This document shows, in pieces, positions 1-8,966 of a stretch of 64,000 bases of DNA; the first letter of the stretch is position 1, and every line of letters starts with the position of its first letter. The stretch is from a virus. Its lineage: Duplodnaviria; Caudoviricetes. The stretch is from IMG/VR virus record IMGVR_UViG_3300028907_000003, positions 21,000 through 84,999 of that record. One strand, 5' to 3'. Position numbers and translations under genes: made by a program. A model generated the notes under the pieces. The model made no database searches. It was not told the DNA's origin and was given only the letters and a program-made list of their open reading frames with translations.

Positions 1-5
1 CTTTA

Positions 6-93
6 GCTGGTTTGGCTCAGAGGTACAGCGACGCACTGCTAATGCGTTTTGTGGCGAAAGCTGCGATCATCGGTTCGATTCCGATAACCAGCG
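6..93 (+). tRNA. tRNA-Ser (anticodon GCT), long variable arm, no encoded CCA
   Basis: Acceptor GCTGGTT(6-12)/AACCAGC(86-92) perfectly paired; anticodon arm ACGCA-CTGCTAA-TGCGT; variable arm with GAAA loop; T arm ATCGG-TTCGATT-CCGAT; discriminator G93. Confidence 0.92.
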
Positions 94-95
94 TC

Positions 96-260
96 ATGTC
101 CGAAATAACTGAAGTTGGAAATCTACTACTAAACATGATGAGTGGATTGTTACCAGAACATCTTAGCAAAGAAGAAGTTACACTACTTGAGATGGAATTT
201 GGAAAAAACTGGTTTGAAGCATTGGGTTATGATGATGAACACTACAAACGCCCTGCATAA
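96..260 (+). CDS. Hypothetical protein (54 aa)
   Basis: 3' part of track ORF 12..260; the ATG at 96 lies just after the tRNA; followed by a T-rich tract. Confidence 0.6.
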   Translation: MSEITEVGNLLLNMMSGLLPEHLSKEEVTLLEMEFGKNWFEALGYDDEHYKRPA

Positions 261-354
261 AAATTTTTTATCATCTATATTTGAGGAAGAAAACTTCTCG
301 TTGTTGGAAAAAAATATGGTAAACCCTTAATGTATTTTTATGGGTAATTCCACA

Positions 355-513
355 TCAACAACAAGAACAAGCTTCTCCAGCGCATTCACACTTTGCTTTT
401 TTAGTGCGCTTTCTCTTCTTTGGCTTATTGTCCTGCTGTTCTTTCATCGCTTCATACTTAGGATCATCGTCCCTAAAATACTTCATACATCCATTTACTA
501 CTAACCATGGCAT
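355..513 (-). CDS. Small basic protein with Cys-rich tail (52 aa)
   Basis: Manual translation MPWLVVNGC...KPKKRKRTKKAKCECAGEACSCC; ATG abuts the stop of 514..894 (TAAATG). Confidence 0.6.
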   Translation of the reverse strand: MPWLVVNGCMKYFRDDDPKYEAMKEQQDNKPKKRKRTKKAKCECAGEACSCC

Positions 514-894
514 TTATTTCGCCTCCGGAAAAGCTGCGTCTATTGAAATGTTCCATTCTCCACCAAAATCACTTGTATAAACCCTACCATTAACACGAGC
601 ATCCGATATCTGTAATGTGGTATGTGGTGTTAACAGGGTTAACGAAAATTTATTATCTAATGGTATTTTATGTACATTTATTGATTCTTCATCATCAAAC
701 GTCAAGTCCACGTAAATAGTCTTATCTTTATGACATTCGTTCACGAATATACGCTTTGCTTTAATCGACGTTATCATAGATGTCGTGCATGAATCTCCAA
801 CGACTTCTTTATTGATAAACACAGCTTTCGATTCTAATTGGATAGGTTCCAATTTTGGTTGTTTCCATACATTGAAATAATTTAATAGTCCCAT
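514..894 (-). CDS. Hypothetical protein
   Basis: 126-aa ORF, TATA-like element upstream. Confidence 0.65.
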   Translation of the reverse strand: MGLLNYFNVWKQPKLEPIQLESKAVFINKEVVGDSCTTSMITSIKAKRIFVNECHKDKTIYVDLTFDDEESINVHKIPLDNKFSLTLLTPHTTLQISDARVNGRVYTSDFGGEWNISIDAAFPEAK

Positions 895-974
895 ATGTAT
901 TACTATACATGTTCATAGTATATAAAGGTTACGTGTTAATGTATAATTATATGAAAAAATAAGTTAAAAGAGTT

Positions 975-1331
975 CTAAATGAATTCTAACCGAGTTGAAG
1001 TTTCCATTAATTGGGCAAATTCCTCCGGGGTGAAGAATAACTGATCTTGGTACTGTGTGGTGCGATCATATCCAACAGTACTACCTAGCTTCAATACTTC
1101 CCTGCTCTGATTAAGGGGCTTTCCGTCGTTTTCATTGTCCTTGGTAAACGCAGCCAAAGATGCTGTTAACGGCGTTGCTGTTAAATCTTCATTCAAGTCA
1201 CCTACAGAAACATTGGAATCTCCACCAAGCTTCACTACGGTATCTATACCATCCACGCTCGTAGCCGCTGCAGCAGACATGGTTAACGTCAGTGCAATCA
1301 GCAATAACATACTTGTTCTCATAACCAACAC
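975..1331 (-). CDS. Putative secreted protein
   Basis: N-terminal signal-peptide-like hydrophobic stretch ending in AAAA. Confidence 0.65.
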   Translation of the reverse strand: MLVMRTSMLLLIALTLTMSAAAATSVDGIDTVVKLGGDSNVSVGDLNEDLTATPLTASLAAFTKDNENDGKPLNQSREVLKLGSTVGYDRTTQYQDQLFFTPEEFAQLMETSTRLEFI

Positions 1332-1348
1332 TATGAACTACATGTTAT

Positions 1349-1897
1349 TTAAAGATTTCGCTCTATTATCGTATAAGGTGGAGCGCACCACGCATTGAAC
1401 TTACAAGCCACATCAAGCGCCATGGTTACTCGTGTTTTTGGATCGAGTGATAATCCAGATGTCGCATGTAATGAGCCTAATGCGTAATCTGTGCCTGAAC
1501 CATCTACAACATAATCGGCGTGAGCACAAACGGAATAATCAGCGCCCATTGAGTATAGATTATTTTTGTAAACTATAATCATATATGAATCGGGTATCCT
1601 GGACACTTCATCTATAACTTCCGCCATTTTGATGTTTTCTAGGCATGTTCTTAACGAATTTGCAAATTCTGTACTGAGAAAATCGAGATCTGACTTATCT
1701 TCTGGTTTTGCTGGAACGCTGAACTGAGATCTAATTATATCAGCAAATCGCAAATATCCACATATTCCGATTATAGTATCTCCTTTCTCGACAAGTTTAT
1801 TTGCCTCGGTGTTTATTATATGACCACCGGATGTTACTCGCGTGTCTGCACCAACGACTAATTTTCCGTCCTGTTTTAATCCAATTATACATGTCAT
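1349..1897 (-). CDS. Ntn-hydrolase threonine protease, proteasome beta/HslV-like
   Basis: After Met removal Thr1, Asp17 (GAD) and Lys33 are in proteasome register; GSG motif (VDGSGTDYALG); no propeptide. Confidence 0.85.
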   Translation of the reverse strand: MTCIIGLKQDGKLVVGADTRVTSGGHIINTEANKLVEKGDTIIGICGYLRFADIIRSQFSVPAKPEDKSDLDFLSTEFANSLRTCLENIKMAEVIDEVSRIPDSYMIIVYKNNLYSMGADYSVCAHADYVVDGSGTDYALGSLHATSGLSLDPKTRVTMALDVACKFNAWCAPPYTIIERNL

Positions 1898-1977
1898 ATG
1901 CTATATATAAGCTACCATAATATTAAAAGGTTTCGGATGGAAAGGTTTAAATACGAATAACATGTATATGGAGATGT

Positions 1978-2223
1978 ATGGTATTACCAAATGAATTCAA
2001 CATAGGACCGCTTATCATACGGGCTAATGTAATTGATGATAATATAGTTACTGCTATATTTGTTGGTACTAAATATGAAGATATGCACGAAATCACTGGA
2101 TTTCGGGATCCTTCTCGTGCCGCTGCATTTGTACAAGAATTACAAGCGTGGTCTGAAGTTCCTGATATATGTGCTCCCGAAAATCGCGAATTAGAAATAA
2201 CAGTAAAGGTGAAAAGGTTATGA
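1978..2223 (+). CDS. Hypothetical protein
   Basis: BRE-TATA (GAAAGGTTTAAATA) and GGAG RBS upstream; ATGA-coupled to the next gene. Confidence 0.7.
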   Translation: MVLPNEFNIGPLIIRANVIDDNIVTAIFVGTKYEDMHEITGFRDPSRAAAFVQELQAWSEVPDICAPENRELEITVKVKRL

Positions 2224-2777
2224 GAAGAATCTTCCTTGATGACTTTAATGATGGTCGTGAGACTGGTATTGAATTGGTTCAGTTGTATGGTGAATATCCT
2301 GGACAAGAAATAGTTACATATGGGATTCATTATAACACTGGTGATACACCAACTGATTATCCATACTGCGTCGTACCAAATGTTGGGATCAACTACTCGT
2401 TTAAAAAGAGTATGTTTATTCGTGTATATAATTGGGATCTTTTCCGTCAGCTAACTGGCGCAAAATCTATATCGGAATTAGGAATCTATCAATATGAATA
2501 TGATCCATATGGACTATTATATTTTGGTAGAAATACATATCCTAGAAGCCAATATGTGCAAGCCAGTGGTACAATAGCTGTATCAGGCGATTGGTGCGGA
2601 GATGGAATGATATTAGCCAATGCATTTACCAAAATGAATCCATATGTAATCGCAAATGGGAAATTCTCAAAAGAATTTGAATCCGATTTATTCATATCAC
2701 AGATAAAGATCTCATCTGACACTCAACAAGGACTGTATAGTTTTCCGCTTCTTCGTGTTACGGCGGTGATTGAGTAA
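2220..2777 (+). CDS. Hypothetical protein coupled to rtcB
   Basis: ATG at 2220 overlaps the upstream stop; its TAA overlaps the rtcB ATG. Confidence 0.7.
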   Translation: MRRIFLDDFNDGRETGIELVQLYGEYPGQEIVTYGIHYNTGDTPTDYPYCVVPNVGINYSFKKSMFIRVYNWDLFRQLTGAKSISELGIYQYEYDPYGLLYFGRNTYPRSQYVQASGTIAVSGDWCGDGMILANAFTKMNPYVIANGKFSKEFESDLFISQIKISSDTQQGLYSFPLLRVTAVIE

Positions 2778-3931
2778 TGGAAATATTAGAAACCCATAGA
2801 TTGCCCATCTATAATTGGGCAACTGACTTGGAACAGGGAGCTAAACAGCAAGCTATTAATTTAGCTTTGCACCCATACACGTATGATCATGTGGCTATTA
2901 TGCCTGACAGTCATCAGGGTTATGGAATGCCAATTGGTGGGGTTATTGCTACTAAGTCGGTGATCATTCCTGAAGCAGTGGGGGTAGACATCGGATGTGG
3001 TATGCAAGCTGTTAAAACTAGCCTCAGTGATATGAACATGACCGCTCTACAGCATGTAGTTGATGATATCAAATCTCGAATACCTGTTGGTTTCTCACAT
3101 AGATCTGAATCATTATGGGCTTATATGCCACCAGGACACGAAAAATTAACAGTTGTTAACAGGGAATTTGACTCGGCGTGTCATCAATTAGGAACATTGG
3201 GTGGCGGGAACCACTTCATCGAAATTCAGCAAGGTGATGATGGTTATATCTGGATGATGGTTCATAGTGGAAGCCGCAATCTAGGCAAGAAGGTAGCCGA
3301 TCACTATATAAAAATGGCTACTCAGCAGACAGCAGATTCCGATGTCAACATTCCTAGAAAGTGGGAATTAGACTACTTATACGTAAATTCACCAGATGGC
3401 CAAGATTACATACGAGAAATGAACTACTGCCTAGAGTTTGCTAAAGCAAATCGCTCATATATGATGAAAGAAATGTGTGAATCCATGAGCGCTGTCATAC
3501 CCACTGTTAGTTATGAGCCTGTAATTGATATACACCACAATTACGCCGAACCGATTAAACTGGATGGTCTTAATCTGGTGTTGCATAGGAAAGGCGCTAC
3601 AGCTGCTAATCGTGGTCAGATGGGTATTATTCCTGGCAGTCAGGGGACCGCCAGCTACATTGTAGAGGGCCGTGGTAATGGTAAGTCGTTTTGCAGCTGC
3701 TCACATGGATCCGGGAGGCGCATGGCTAGAGGAGTCGCCAAGCGAAACTTAAACCTGGATGATGAGCGGTATATACTCGATAGGCAAATGATCATTCATG
3801 ATATGACCAGTACTGAAGCCCTAGATGAAGCTCCAGGCGCTTACAAGAATATCGAATTGGTTATGGAGAATCAAAAGGATCTAGTAAAGCCACTAGTTAG
3901 ATTGACTACAAGAGCGGTGATAAAAGGATGA
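2777..3931 (+). CDS. rtcB: RtcB RNA ligase (3'-phosphate/5'-OH), short bacterial-like form
   Basis: MPDSHQG, VGVDIGCG, GTLGGGNHF, HSGSR, HRKGAT, SCSHGSGR and DEAPGAYK motifs. Confidence 0.95.
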   Translation: MEILETHRLPIYNWATDLEQGAKQQAINLALHPYTYDHVAIMPDSHQGYGMPIGGVIATKSVIIPEAVGVDIGCGMQAVKTSLSDMNMTALQHVVDDIKSRIPVGFSHRSESLWAYMPPGHEKLTVVNREFDSACHQLGTLGGGNHFIEIQQGDDGYIWMMVHSGSRNLGKKVADHYIKMATQQTADSDVNIPRKWELDYLYVNSPDGQDYIREMNYCLEFAKANRSYMMKEMCESMSAVIPTVSYEPVIDIHHNYAEPIKLDGLNLVLHRKGATAANRGQMGIIPGSQGTASYIVEGRGNGKSFCSCSHGSGRRMARGVAKRNLNLDDERYILDRQMIIHDMTSTEALDEAPGAYKNIELVMENQKDLVKPLVRLTTRAVIKG

Positions 3932-3986
3932 GCACTAAACATTTTTGTGATATCTGCAGCAAAGAGCTTTCATTGGTAACATGTGC

Positions 3987-4208
3987 CTACTGAGGGTAAC
4001 AATACCAGTTGGATACCCGGAGCCAATGGATAAGTGTATCGATTTGTGTACAAAATGCTATATGGATATATTTGAAAGGATCCAGAGATGACCGAAAACC
4101 AATTCCGCCGAATAACAATGATATTAGTCCTATTATAAAAGGATCAAAATACTTAGAATCATCATCTCCCGGCTCCAAAATACCATATACCCGAAGCTTC
4201 AATGACAT
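3987..4208 (-). CDS. Small putative membrane protein
   Basis: One hydrophobic segment FIIGLISLLFGGIGF. Confidence 0.4.
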   Translation of the reverse strand: MSLKLRVYGILEPGDDDSKYFDPFIIGLISLLFGGIGFRSSLDPFKYIHIAFCTQIDTLIHWLRVSNWYCYPQ

Positions 4209-4350
4209 AGTTAAATCTCCTCGGCATCCTTTCTGGGTCCAACCGGACGTAACCTTATAGCGAGTGATGTGAAATACTCTATAAAAATTGGGTATTGAAT
4301 CACCTTACCACCTGGAAATGTTATATCTATAAAGTTAAGATCGTTGTAAC

Positions 4351-4617
4351 TCATACCTTAACCTTCGTCCAGAAATTGCCCTTCTCACCACACTTGGGCG
4401 TTTTGGATGGTCCGAATAACCACTCGCGCCAAGTCTGTACAAGACAACGCTCAACCCTACAATCGAGAAGAGGCCCGTCGAATATTAAAAACCCCTTGAA
4501 TATAGGGTTGCATGTCTTCGTTTGCAACCTTGTGCATTTCATCGTCAGTCTATTCTTGCGATCCACTTTAGCGGAATAATTCCCGCAAGTATCACATGTC
4601 TTATTATCGCATGACAT
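4351..4617 (-). CDS. Cys-rich protein, paralog of 34714..34995
   Basis: Shared CxxC..C..C...CGxxGx(F/Y) pattern. Confidence 0.7.
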   Translation of the reverse strand: MSCDNKTCDTCGNYSAKVDRKNRLTMKCTRLQTKTCNPIFKGFLIFDGPLLDCRVERCLVQTWREWLFGPSKTPKCGEKGNFWTKVKV

Positions 4618-4674
4618 AGTACACTATTGGTTATACAGATATTTAAACTTTTTGACTAACTAAAAAAGAAGTGA

Positions 4675-5769
4675 TCACCAACACATGATGGGATCACATG
4701 AGATCGCTATCTGTGGAGTTACCATCTTTACAGCTTCCAGGAAATCATCATTGGTAATCATATCAGCATCGCGTCTAATCGCGATCATACCAGCTTCAGT
4801 TACTACCGCTTTCAGCTGCGCTCCATTAAACTTATCGGTTATCTTAGCGATATGAACCAGATTCGCATCATGGGGAACTCCGGTAGTATGTATCTTCAAG
4901 ATTTCCAATCTAGCAGCTTCATTTGGTAAGGGAATTTCAATGAGCCGATCAAAACGCCCCGGACGGAGTAAAGCAGGATCTATTACATCGATCCGATTAG
5001 TCGCAGCAATGATCCTAACATTTCCCCGGATGTTGAATCCATCCAATTCCGCAAGTAGCTGCATCATGGTACGCTGGACCTCATCAGAGCCAACCGTACC
5101 ATCATTGGTACGAACCTTACAGAGAGCATCGATTTCATCAAAGAATATGATAGACGGAGCCTTATCACGAGCCAGCTGGAATAATTCTCTAACCAACTTA
5201 GCACCTTCTCCAATGAACTTAGCAACTAGTTCAGTTGAAGCCATGTTGAAGAATGTAGCATTAGTAGCAGCCGCTACAGCTTTTGCAGCAACCGTTTTTC
5301 CACACCCACTCGGACCATACAATAATACTGCTTTTGGTGGTTCGATATTGATCCTTTTGAATGCGTCTGGCTTTATCAGTGGTAACTCAAGGACTTCTCT
5401 AATGTCGCGGATTTGTTTCTCCAATCCACCGATTTGCTCATATGATGTAGTGGGTTTTGACATTAGTTCCATGATATGAACACGTGGATCTTTGCCACCT
5501 CGCAAAACAGCCATGATCACACATCCAGCGTTAATCGCTACTACTGCTCCGGGTAATACCCGCTGTTCCAGGTCGGGACTGCAATATGTAGCTAATTCCA
5601 TGTTATTTCCCCGCTGGCGAATTATAACTACATCATCATCGATGACATCTATGACATCAGCTACGCTGAAAGGTGGGTTTGATAAGTTTCGAATGATCTC
5701 AGCTTGCTTATCAATAGTTGCTCGCATCTGTGCCATCTGTGTTATAGTAGAAGCTATATCTTCACTCAT
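4675..5769 (-). CDS. pan: Proteasome-activating nucleotidase-like AAA+ ATPase
   Basis: Short coiled coil plus NPP-OB region; GPSGCGKT Walker A; KFIGEGA pore loop; IIFFDEID Walker B; EVQRTMMQLLAELDGF; LLRPGRFDR. Confidence 0.93.
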   Translation of the reverse strand: MSEDIASTITQMAQMRATIDKQAEIIRNLSNPPFSVADVIDVIDDDVVIIRQRGNNMELATYCSPDLEQRVLPGAVVAINAGCVIMAVLRGGKDPRVHIMELMSKPTTSYEQIGGLEKQIRDIREVLELPLIKPDAFKRINIEPPKAVLLYGPSGCGKTVAAKAVAAATNATFFNMASTELVAKFIGEGAKLVRELFQLARDKAPSIIFFDEIDALCKVRTNDGTVGSDEVQRTMMQLLAELDGFNIRGNVRIIAATNRIDVIDPALLRPGRFDRLIEIPLPNEAARLEILKIHTTGVPHDANLVHIAKITDKFNGAQLKAVVTEAGMIAIRRDADMITNDDFLEAVKMVTPQIAISCDPIMCW

Positions 5770-5805
5770 ACTCAGTACTTAGCATTCGAACTATTTAAAT
5801 GTTCC

Positions 5806-5841
5806 GCTATCGTAGATTTATATGTAAAACTACGTTAAAAG
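5806..5841. promoter_or_regulatory. Palindromic intergenic cassette C, copy 1
   Basis: 32/36 identical to 6455-6490; inverted repeat around TATG. Confidence 0.7.
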
Positions 5842-5883
5842 AGCGATAGGTTTATATTTAGGTAATGTCTATAAGAGATCAGT

Positions 5884-6099
5884 ATGAAATATGATAAAAA
5901 ATTCCCGTATGCAGAATACTTGGATGAAGTCTTTGGAGGAATATTTAAAGGCCATGAAAAGCGCCCATGTTTTATCTGCGGTGAATTGACCGAGTTTGTA
6001 GATATGGATTATCAAGCTCATCTATGCTCAGAAGAATGCTCGACAGAACTAGATCAACGTGCGCTCAAAGCATGTTTAGAATCAGCGGTGGTAACATGA
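5884..6099 (+). CDS. Small Zn-binding (TRASH-like) protein
   Basis: CFIC...LCSEEC. Confidence 0.6.
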   Translation: MKYDKKFPYAEYLDEVFGGIFKGHEKRPCFICGELTEFVDMDYQAHLCSEECSTELDQRALKACLESAVVT

Positions 6100-6449
6100 A
6101 AACATCATACTTTAGCAAAGTAAAAGAAAATTTCCCAAATGCTGTAGCTATATGCCGATATAGCCCTGCTTGGTGGTCCGGATTTGAATATAAAGCTCTT
6201 GCGCCTAGTACTAAATTGCTATCGGATTATCGAGGAAAGGGTATATCTGATGCTGAATATGGCGCTAGATACCAACGAGAAGTATTAAATCTGTTGGATC
6301 CGCGTGTTACTTATGAAACAATTTGTAAGATGGCGGGTCCAGATGCTATATTGGTGTGTTGGGAAGGACCGACTAAATTCTGCCACAGGCATTTAGTTGC
6401 GCAGTGGTTTGAAGATGAAATTGGATGTAAAATACCGGAATTAGTATAA
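6096..6449 (+). CDS. DUF488-like protein
   Basis: TSYF...LAPS...LVCWE...CHRHLVAQW pattern; ATGA-coupled start at 6096. Confidence 0.75.
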   Translation: MKTSYFSKVKENFPNAVAICRYSPAWWSGFEYKALAPSTKLLSDYRGKGISDAEYGARYQREVLNLLDPRVTYETICKMAGPDAILVCWEGPTKFCHRHLVAQWFEDEIGCKIPELV

Positions 6450-6454
6450 CTCCG

Positions 6455-6490
6455 GCTATCGTATTTTTATATGTAAAAATACATTAAAAG
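6455..6490. promoter_or_regulatory. Palindromic intergenic cassette C, copy 2
   Basis: Perfect 9-bp inverted repeat GTATTTTTA-TATG-TAAAAATAC; followed by AAAAGGTG RBS. Confidence 0.7.
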
Positions 6491-6498
6491 GTGTTTCA

Positions 6499-6771
6499 AT
6501 GAATTACGGCGCATTTATGAGAATGTGGGAAATGGATGGGTTCCATTTCGTAGAGCATGAACGACATAAGCGTGAAGATGCTACGTGGGTATTGGTAACA
6601 GTGCTATCCGATTCGTTTACAAGCTCGTATGGAAGGCACTTTGGTATCACACTAGCGCTAGGAAAGGATGAACAGATCTTAGCACATGATATTATTAATC
6701 TGCAAGATAGTACGAATCCTACCCAGGACACTATGCGATGGTTTAAGCAGAATATGGAGAGTGGTCTTTAA
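6499..6771 (+). CDS. Hypothetical protein
   Basis: 90-aa ORF with AGGTG RBS. Confidence 0.65.
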   Translation: MNYGAFMRMWEMDGFHFVEHERHKREDATWVLVTVLSDSFTSSYGRHFGITLALGKDEQILAHDIINLQDSTNPTQDTMRWFKQNMESGL

Positions 6772-6948
6772 ATGAGCTTGGTGATTCGAGAATGATGAAG
6801 CGCGGAGTACCTGAGCAGCCTGCGTTATTGGAACCAGTACCCATGTATGTATATCATACGGTTACTGGATCCACAGGAGGATACGCGTGTTTTGCAAACA
6901 CAAACGCTACTACTTCGAGTACATGGTATGGAATAACGCCGTGATATT

Positions 6949-7371
6949 ATGGAATACCAACTAGTAGATCGAATATTAGACGAAAGTGTGTCTAATGTAT
7001 GGGAAATTGCCCGAATGGAATGGAAATTTATAGAAGCTATGTATGGTGATGGAAGAGATAGCTGCGTATGCGGCCATCACCCTATAATAGAATTATGCTT
7101 CATTGAAAATCAATACAACGGAAGAAAACTAATTGTTGGAAATTGCTGTGTTAAAAAATTCATGCCTCAGATGAAAACCGATGCAGTATTTCGAGCTATT
7201 AAAAAGAAAACTCTGAATCAGCCAATTATAGATTACGCTTATCAACATGGATGCATCAATGATTGGGAGTTCAAATTCTTAGCAAGTATTAAACGAAAAC
7301 GAATTTTATCTGAGAAACAAAAATTATACAAGCAACGGCTATCCAACAAGATTTGGAAATCAGTCGGGTAA
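6949..7371 (+). CDS. Hypothetical Zn-binding protein
   Basis: CVCGHHPI...VGNCCVKKF motif. Confidence 0.7.
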   Translation: MEYQLVDRILDESVSNVWEIARMEWKFIEAMYGDGRDSCVCGHHPIIELCFIENQYNGRKLIVGNCCVKKFMPQMKTDAVFRAIKKKTLNQPIIDYAYQHGCINDWEFKFLASIKRKRILSEKQKLYKQRLSNKIWKSVG

Positions 7372-7372
7372 T

Positions 7373-7402
7373 GTATTTTTATATGAAAAAGTACGATAAA
7401 AG
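7373..7402. promoter_or_regulatory. Palindromic intergenic cassette C, copy 3 (degenerate copy 4 at 941-970)
   Basis: GTATTTTTATATGAAAAAGTACGATAAAAG. Confidence 0.55.
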
Positions 7403-7675
7403 GTGATAATAATGGTAGAACACAAGATGATAGACGGCGAGATGTCAGAATGGTGCAGAATTAAGTTTGAATCGTGGTGCAAGACGATACCGAATCTGTG
7501 GCGGTACGAAGAAAAGCTAACCGACATTGAAGCGAATTATCCACAAGCGATGTCCACGTTCTATAGGATCCTCAGCGAGCATGCTATCGCTATGGGAAAA
7601 GTACGCACATATGATGCCATTCAATGGTTCATATTCGGAGGACTTATTGGATGTCTAATAGGACTCCTCCTTTAA
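7403..7675 (+). CDS. Protein with C-terminal transmembrane anchor
   Basis: Ends WFIFGGLIGCLIGLLL. Confidence 0.65.
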   Translation: MIIMVEHKMIDGEMSEWCRIKFESWCKTIPNLWRYEEKLTDIEANYPQAMSTFYRILSEHAIAMGKVRTYDAIQWFIFGGLIGCLIGLLL

Positions 7676-8491
7676 TGTATTTTTAACGTAACTTTATTAA
7701 AAAATTAATGTATAATCTCTAGTACATATCAAAAAATATAAAAAACATGGAGGGGGCCGGATTTCAACAGTCTAAAGATAGTGATGGGGTACGGGTCCAC
7801 TGCTACCGATTTTGAGAATTACTTTATTATTATTTTTTGTTGTTACCTGGTTTAAATTCGTATGCTATAGGTAATATTTTTAAATTAATGGAATAATAAT
7901 CGTGTTTTTAGATCGCGATTTTAAAAACATTATCAGCAAAGGCCATGATTCATATTCACATTATTATAAATATGAGTTATAGGCTGATAAGCATAGGTTT
8001 ATGCCGCAGATATAGCTTATTCTTATATGATATGGAATAAATGACTTAGGAAAGCACAAAATAGCCCAGTAACACGTTAAATTATACACATTTTTATAAT
8101 AATATGTCCTGGCAATCAACCCTTAGATTCATATACCAAAAACATATTTATAAAATTGTTTGAATGAACATTTTTATTTTTTCATTTTTATATCACAAAA
8201 TATTATTTTTTGACCGTAATTGTTAATAACTCTTGCAGGTTCCCGCATATCGATTTTATATCCTGGCAATAGTATATTTTACCTTATGTTTAATGTTTAT
8301 TTTATTATTACTGTTATCGTTGTTTATAATATGCCTTACTGTTATTTATATTCTGACCATATAATAGTATTCTGTATGGGTCTGCTGATATCGCTTTTAT
8401 TATTTTTGGTATTTACCGATTTTATACGTTCGCTTGATAGTGTTTTTTGTAATTCGCGCAAACCATATAGACTTATTTTTAATGGTCCTAT

Positions 8492-8672
8492 ATCGCGATA
8501 TTAAAACCGATAACTATAAGCCTATTTTTTGATATGAACCTTGAATTATGAACCTTTACCGCGAGAAATGAGCCAAAAAATGAACCTTTACCGCCCTATA
8601 TGTAGAAAGCTTTATATACTTGAAAAACAAGGTATAGCATAGACAAAAGCTAAATAAGGAGATACGGAAATG
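8492..8672 (+). promoter_or_regulatory. Repeated promoter cassette A1
   Basis: First 71 nt are 66/71 identical to 10301-10371; ATGAACCTTTACCGC twice; GAAAGC-TTTATATA BRE/TATA; AAGGAG RBS. Confidence 0.85.
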
Positions 8673-8780
8673 ATAAGCAAATATCAAGCACGAAAAAACC
8701 ATCAATTAGCCGTTGAAAAAACAATATTAGAGGTATTAGCAATTGGAATATCTTTATTAATCGTAGTGTTATCAATCTAA
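8670..8780 (+). CDS. 36-aa membrane peptide
   Basis: First ORF after cassette A1; hydrophobic C-terminus. Confidence 0.55.
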   Translation: MISKYQARKNHQLAVEKTILEVLAIGISLLIVVLSI

Positions 8781-8793
8781 GGAAGGGTTAAAA

Positions 8794-8946
8794 ATGGCTA
8801 ATGTTAGACGAATATCGAGGAGGCGGAAAGCCGACAAAACAGCAGTTTCAAACCATTGGAGACAACAATATATTAATTCTGTCATAAATGGTGGGATTGA
8901 AGCTTTCGCATTGCCGGAAACAGAAACAACAGGATATTCGTTATAA
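8794..8946 (+). CDS. 50-aa basic peptide
   Basis: MANVRRISRRRKADK...; purine-rich RBS. Confidence 0.55.
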   Translation: MANVRRISRRRKADKTAVSNHWRQQYINSVINGGIEAFALPETETTGYSL

Positions 8947-8966
8947 ATTAAAGGAGTTGAATAAAA

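Noticed and set aside
12-95. N-terminal part of track ORF 12..260
   Set aside because: Overlaps a well-formed tRNA; ATG 96 is the more plausible start
355-357. UGA among Cys codons (also 21278) read as selenocysteine
   Set aside because: No SECIS-like element recognised, and the inferred host lineage is not known to use Sec
4940-5479. Long antisense ORFs (also 41030..41617, 54648..55151, 34014..34460, 42309..42686)
   Set aside because: Shadows of conserved genes on the other strand; no motifs or RBS
8220-8504. Hydrophobic 94-aa ORF
   Set aside because: TTG start in T-rich non-coding DNA; the composition is explained by AT richness and it runs into cassette A1
8534-8594. ATGAACC repeats as a mini-CRISPR array
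   Set aside because: Repeats are 7-15 bp with spacers under 20 bp that are conserved between the two cassettes; no CRISPR array found anywhere in the window
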